The translations under genes were made by a program, and so were the position numbers. From Promethearchaeati archaeon (lineage in GTDB: Archaea > Asgardarchaeota > Heimdallarchaeia > Heimdallarchaeales > Heimdallarchaeaceae): a DNA stretch of 64,000 bases. Every line of letters starts with the position of its first letter. Position 1 is the first letter of the stretch. Below, in pieces: positions 59,635-64,000 of this stretch. The stretch is from positions 9,588 to 73,587 of the forward strand of contig JABLTJ010000027.1 in the NCBI GenBank assembly GCA_013166775.1, in the 5' to 3' direction. Under the pieces are notes generated by a model that did no database searches, had not been told where the DNA came from, and was given only the letters and a program-made list of their open reading frames with translations.

Positions 59635-60198
59635 ATGGATATAAAAGATGAGCTCTTATCGTTTTTAGAAATAGCAGAGATTAATTTCTTAATGTCAATA
59701 AAAGAATTAAAACCAGAATTAGTAACTCGAAAAGCTGTAGAAAATGTAAATGCTATAGCTTGGATCGTTGGTCATTGTGTGTTGAATTTTGATAGGTGTT
59801 TGTCAATGTTTACAAATGAACAATTATTGACAAAAGATGAATCAGAATTTTATATTTATGGATTAAAAAAAGATTCAGTAAAAGATTGCGGTCTTCCATT
59901 TGTAAAGTTAATAGATATTCATCTAGAACTAACGAGCAAATTATTTGAAATATTTGAGAAGCTTGATGTAAAAAAATTTGACGATATTCCACATGAACAA
60001 GCTAAAGGAAAACTCTCAGCTATAATAAAAAGCATGTCTCTTCATATTATGGGACATACAGGCCAAATAGTTCAAATTAGAAGGATGTTAGACAATCCTT
60101 TCTGGTATTTTGTTGGTGGAGTACATAAAGAAGATAGACAGAAACTCAGAAAAGAATGGATTGCATGGTGGGAGGAAAATAAAACGTATTTCACATGA
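59635..60198 (+). CDS. DinB/YfiT-family protein
   Basis: NAIAWIVGH...HIMGHTGQI..IRR His triad. Confidence 0.85.
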   Translation: MDIKDELLSFLEIAEINFLMSIKELKPELVTRKAVENVNAIAWIVGHCVLNFDRCLSMFTNEQLLTKDESEFYIYGLKKDSVKDCGLPFVKLIDIHLELTSKLFEIFEKLDVKKFDDIPHEQAKGKLSAIIKSMSLHIMGHTGQIVQIRRMLDNPFWYFVGGVHKEDRQKLRKEWIAWWEENKTYFT

Positions 60199-60328
60199 TA
60201 TAAAATCTCTTTTTTGGGAGAAAAAATCGCAGTTTACGCAGATAAAAATCAGCAAGAACTAGAAGATTAAATCTCAATGTTGGTATTAAGAAATTTTCTG
60301 AAGAAATAGTTAGAAATATTTCATCTTT

Positions 60329-61396
60329 CTAGTTGACCAATTTTATATGATAAAAGAATCTACGTTGTAGATTGTTTTCAATACATCTGATTACGTTTTT
60401 ACTATCAGCTATTCTGTCCTCATATAGAACTAGATTCCCTTCTTTTTCAAACATTTCTTTCAGCTCTTCTGCTGCAGCTAATTCCCTTTGCCATAAATTC
60501 TTAGCATTGATTGTAAAATCTATAGCTTTGTACTCTAAATTGTTTTGAGTTAAAGCTTTAGCCATCTTAGTATTTTCAGCCTCCAAAAGCTCAACAGGAT
60601 CGTTTTCAGATATGATCTGAGCAAAAAAAATCCCCATTTGCCCACCTGGCTGAAGTATTTGTTTGAGTTTTTTAAGCATCACATCAAAATCCTCCACAAA
60701 ATAAAATGTATCTATTGAGATGATTGCATCAAAAGTTGATGGAGGAAAATCAAGTCTGTTAAAATTTTGTAGTTGAAATTCTAAATTCTCATTCTTTGCC
60801 TGAATGTGTTCCTTTGCCCAGTTTATTGTTTCTTCAGAGAAATCTATTCCAACAACTTTAGCACCAGTTTTTTCAACGATATATTCTGCAACTTTCCCTA
60901 ATCCACACCCCATATCCAAGACTAGATTATCAGGTTGGAGTTGAAGATAATTTATCATTGTATCTAATTGCTCCATATCTGAAGCATTAAACTGAATCAG
61001 ATTCTTGCCAAAGACTTTCTCACAAAACAAGCCATAAGCTTCACTTTTTGTGCATCGAATTAAGATGTTATCATACCATTTACTATGCCATTTTGATCTG
61101 ATCTCTTTTCCAATTTTTCTCCCTTCATCTGTTAGAGAATATAGTTCGTCTTCTAATAATAGAAGATTCTTTTGTGTTAAATTTGGAAGTAATTCTTCCC
61201 AGTTTTTTAGTTTATTCTTAAAATGAAGTTGTGTTAAAGTTTCAAACCCTTCTTGAGTTGCTTTAACTTTAGTATCTTTGTTTAATATTGTCTCTCCTGT
61301 TTCAGGATCTTTTTTTAATAAGAAGAAAGTAGTAACAATACCTAAGGCTTCAGTTTCTTCGTCTGAACATTGATTAGACTTTGAGTCGTTATTCAT
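60329..61396 (-). CDS. Class I SAM methyltransferase with N-terminal wHTH-like extension
   Basis: VLDMGCGLG, GIDFS, FDAIISID, L.PGG; YSLTDEGR wing. Confidence 0.88.
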   Translation of the reverse strand: MNNDSKSNQCSDEETEALGIVTTFFLLKKDPETGETILNKDTKVKATQEGFETLTQLHFKNKLKNWEELLPNLTQKNLLLLEDELYSLTDEGRKIGKEIRSKWHSKWYDNILIRCTKSEAYGLFCEKVFGKNLIQFNASDMEQLDTMINYLQLQPDNLVLDMGCGLGKVAEYIVEKTGAKVVGIDFSEETINWAKEHIQAKNENLEFQLQNFNRLDFPPSTFDAIISIDTFYFVEDFDVMLKKLKQILQPGGQMGIFFAQIISENDPVELLEAENTKMAKALTQNNLEYKAIDFTINAKNLWQRELAAAEELKEMFEKEGNLVLYEDRIADSKNVIRCIENNLQRRFFYHIKLVN

Positions 61397-61463
61397 CGTA
61401 ATTTTTAAAGTTCAAACATTGAAAAACCTTTTTGGTAATTTTCAATTGATTTTAGTTTAAAAG

Positions 61464-61592
61464 AGTTCAAATTAGAAGGATGTTAGATAATCCCTTTTGG
61501 TATTTTGTTCAAGGGTAGCCAAAGAAAGTCGAAAAGAATTCTGAAAAAAATGGATTACCTGGTGGGAAGAAAATAAAGCATTATACAAATAA
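61464..61592 (+). pseudogene. Diverged 3'-end copy of the DinB gene
   Basis: agttcaaattagaaggatgttaga... matches 60069..60198; contains a frameshift/stops. Confidence 0.9.
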
Positions 61593-61640
61593 ATCAAAGA
61601 GTAAACTACAATTCTTTATGTTACCAATTCCTCTGCTAAT

Positions 61641-62684
61641 TTATTTGTTCAGTTCTAGTCTCTTTGCTAAATCTTCAGTTTGGAATTTATATCCTTCTGC
61701 TCCCTTATACTTCTTGAACCCCATCCTCTCATTAATGGAAAGCATAGGGGCATTAGCTTCAGCGTTACCAGTAATTATTCTTTGAACATCAGGATAGGTG
61801 TCCTTTATATGGAGGATCATCTTGCCCTTAAGCCATTTCCCTAGTCCTCTTCCTCTGAATTCAGGACGAACTCCAGTTAGTTCTTGTACAATCCTATGTC
61901 CCTCTCTGGGATCATAGAGTATTTCAGTCATACCGGAGATTCTTCCATCCTTTTCTCTACTGATAAGAGTATAGTAAGTATTACCTGTGTCTCTGAACCT
62001 TTTCTCTATTTGCCTTCTAAATTTCCCATCAATATTGGCACGATGTTCAGAGTCTCCAAGAGGTTGCATATTTAATGCTTCGGTATACATCTCGCAGTAT
62101 TCATCCAAAATCTCCTCAGGGCAATCGTAGAAAGATTCAATGGTTACATCTTCAGCTCTCTTAGGACCTTCATCAACCCAAGATTGCATAAGATCCCAAT
62201 CCACATCTTCTAATTCCAAGCGATTTTCAGCAGCTTCAATAGTGAATTCAGCACCATGCTTCTTAAGGAAAGCTCGACCAGAATCATGATCAGTACCGGT
62301 TTCAATAACAGTTCTATTAAGAGATTGAGCTTTCTGAACACAAACTTTGAGGAGAGCTGTACCTATCCCCTTTCGATGGTAATCAGGTAAGACTGCAATG
62401 TTCAACTGGCAAAGATGTTTGTTTTCTTCATATTCAGGAGAATCTTCAGTAGGAGCACCAAAACCTCCCCAACCAACGACTTTATCTTCAGAAGTATAAG
62501 CTATCCAACGTTTAACATGAAAGTTGGGAATATCAGCTTTCTGACGTTGGATGATAGCTTCTCGGTTAGGTAAGGGATCATTAGGATTGTGATATCTGTG
62601 GTTAGTTTCAATAAATTCGAAATAACCTTCCCAGAAATCATCAGGTACTTCTTTAGGTTTATATTCTTCTATTCTGTATTCCAT
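61641..62684 (-). CDS. Tandem GNAT N-acetyltransferase
   Basis: HRKGIGT; TGV...RGRGLGKWLK; NAPMLSINERMGF. Confidence 0.9.
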   Translation of the reverse strand: MEYRIEEYKPKEVPDDFWEGYFEFIETNHRYHNPNDPLPNREAIIQRQKADIPNFHVKRWIAYTSEDKVVGWGGFGAPTEDSPEYEENKHLCQLNIAVLPDYHRKGIGTALLKVCVQKAQSLNRTVIETGTDHDSGRAFLKKHGAEFTIEAAENRLELEDVDWDLMQSWVDEGPKRAEDVTIESFYDCPEEILDEYCEMYTEALNMQPLGDSEHRANIDGKFRRQIEKRFRDTGNTYYTLISREKDGRISGMTEILYDPREGHRIVQELTGVRPEFRGRGLGKWLKGKMILHIKDTYPDVQRIITGNAEANAPMLSINERMGFKKYKGAEGYKFQTEDLAKRLELNK

Positions 62685-62817
62685 TTTTATCCACTTCGTG
62701 GGATTAATCTTTAAAAGGTTGGATTAGAACTCTTTTAAGTTTTTTTAAAAAGAGGAAATTGAATTCCATCAGCAAAAAAATCAAATTGTTATTAAGTGTT
62801 TAATAGATTGAAAGTCT

Positions 62818-63603
62818 ATGGAAGTACGACCAACTAATCTTGCTTCTTCAGGTGCAGAAAAAATAGTAAACAGATTAAATGAGCTTTCAGGGGGGAAAAT
62901 ATTAGATGTGGGAACAGGAAACGGAGGATTTATCGATTTTCTTAGACAAGCTTTGGGAAGCTATGATTCATTTATTGGAATAGACCTTGATGAAAAAGAA
63001 CTGAAGAAAGCAAAAAAAAGATACGGAGAAATAGCAGAATTCAAGAAGATGAACGCAGAGAAGCTAGAGTTCCCAGACAATTCTGTAGATATAGCAAGTA
63101 TTGCCAGTTCACTTCATCATCTGGAAAAACCAGAAAAAGTATTAAAAGAGATGATAAGAGTAGTCAAACCTCAGGGATATCTAATTATTCAAGAAATGTA
63201 TTCCGATCCTGATCAAACAGAAGCACAATTAGCAACTATAGCTACTCATCACTTTGGAGCTAGAGTGGATACACTACTAGAAAGGGAATATCACAGAGAA
63301 ACCTATACTAGAGAGGAAATAAAAGAACTAGTAAGAAGTGTAGAACCAGAGGAAATAGAGGTATTTGATTCCACTAGATATCCAGGGTGTCTATTCTGTG
63401 AGGATAGGGAAAAGTGCGATAATCCAATGGATGAAGAGTTGATTAAAAGTCAAATAAAAGACTTAAGATCTACGTTGAAAAAGGTAGACAATCATCCAGC
63501 AGATGAAGAATTTGAAAAAGTAGAGAAAAGGTTAGAACAAAGAATAAGAAAAAATGGAAGCTCTGATGCTTCAGTATTATTTATTTTAGTTAAGAAACAA
63601 TAG
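62818..63603 (+). CDS. Class I SAM-dependent methyltransferase
   Basis: ILDVGTGNG, GIDL, LEFPDNSVD, LHH, EMIRVVKP.G. Confidence 0.92.
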   Translation: MEVRPTNLASSGAEKIVNRLNELSGGKILDVGTGNGGFIDFLRQALGSYDSFIGIDLDEKELKKAKKRYGEIAEFKKMNAEKLEFPDNSVDIASIASSLHHLEKPEKVLKEMIRVVKPQGYLIIQEMYSDPDQTEAQLATIATHHFGARVDTLLEREYHRETYTREEIKELVRSVEPEEIEVFDSTRYPGCLFCEDREKCDNPMDEELIKSQIKDLRSTLKKVDNHPADEEFEKVEKRLEQRIRKNGSSDASVLFILVKKQ

Positions 63604-63813
63604 TAATTGTTCTTTAAAAGATACTTTTGTACAAGATTTGATTCTAATTCATTTTTGATCGTTGTTCTTATAATGGTCTGGAAAGGATTTTAAGAATTAT
63701 TTATGAAGAAACTCTTTATTTGTGCTTAGATTAACCTGATGAAGAATCAGAAGATAAGGATGAATAAAAAAGAAAGAATTTCAATAAATGTTTAGTAAAA
63801 ATCTATTCTAAAA

Positions 63814-64000
63814 CTATTCTATAACCTCTATTGTAACCTTAATCCTATCTGGTTGCTTATTAAACGTAGATTTTTGAATATAAAGGCTGTTCATTACTGC
63901 AGCCATACCTGGTTGAATAACTTCCTCAAATTTCCATGTGTTTTTAGTTGCTCTTTCAAAAATTAACTCTATCTCTGCTTTTGGTTTTTCCTTATTTTCA
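63814..64000 (-). CDS. Small hypothetical protein, 3' part (runs off window end)
   Basis: Open frame ...IELIFERATKNTWKFEEV...SLYIQK...PDRIKVTIEVIE*. Confidence 0.6.
   Translation of the reverse strand, partial: ENKEKPKAEIELIFERATKNTWKFEEVIQPGMAAVMNSLYIQKSTFNKQPDRIKVTIEVIE

Noticed and set aside
1-64000. Integron/attC cassette array
   Set aside because: The cargo is cassette-like, but genes lie on both strands, no repeated attC-type element and no IntI were seen
1-64000. CRISPR array, tRNA/rRNA, IS element or DGR
   Set aside because: No regularly spaced repeats, cloverleaf or GC-rich RNA, transposase or reverse transcriptase. Scar-vs-gene mismatches are not adenine-restricted.

Overview
AT-rich archaeal-type accessory region. 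The host is inferred to be an Asgard archaeon, probably Heimdallarchaeia-like, from longin-like and zinc-ribbon proteins, C-terminal TM+basic-tail surface proteins, F420 enzymes and an AsnRS-like AsnA. It holds about 65 mostly short, singly transcribed genes: uvrA (partial), ABC exporters, GNATs, SDRs, MBL-fold proteins, methyltransferases, msrB, mscS, dppA, SPFH and surface proteins. No rRNA, tRNA, CRISPR array, transposase or integrase was recognised. Two themes stand out. (1) Unexpected lipid/membrane genes of bacterial or eukaryotic type: a serine palmitoyltransferase-like enzyme next to an SDR (candidate sphingoid-base pathway), a GDE2/GDE3-like six-TM GDPD, an EXPERA/TMEM97-like protein paired with a KAR-like SDR, a PlsY–dikinase fusion facing a membrane lipase, a FYVE-like zinc finger and a longin-like protein. 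(2) At least six accessory modules are bracketed by diverged direct-repeat copies of gene ends or promoters, with no recombinase in view, suggesting homology-driven integration. Several genes carry single frameshifts or one in-frame stop. All family calls come from motif recognition without database searches.
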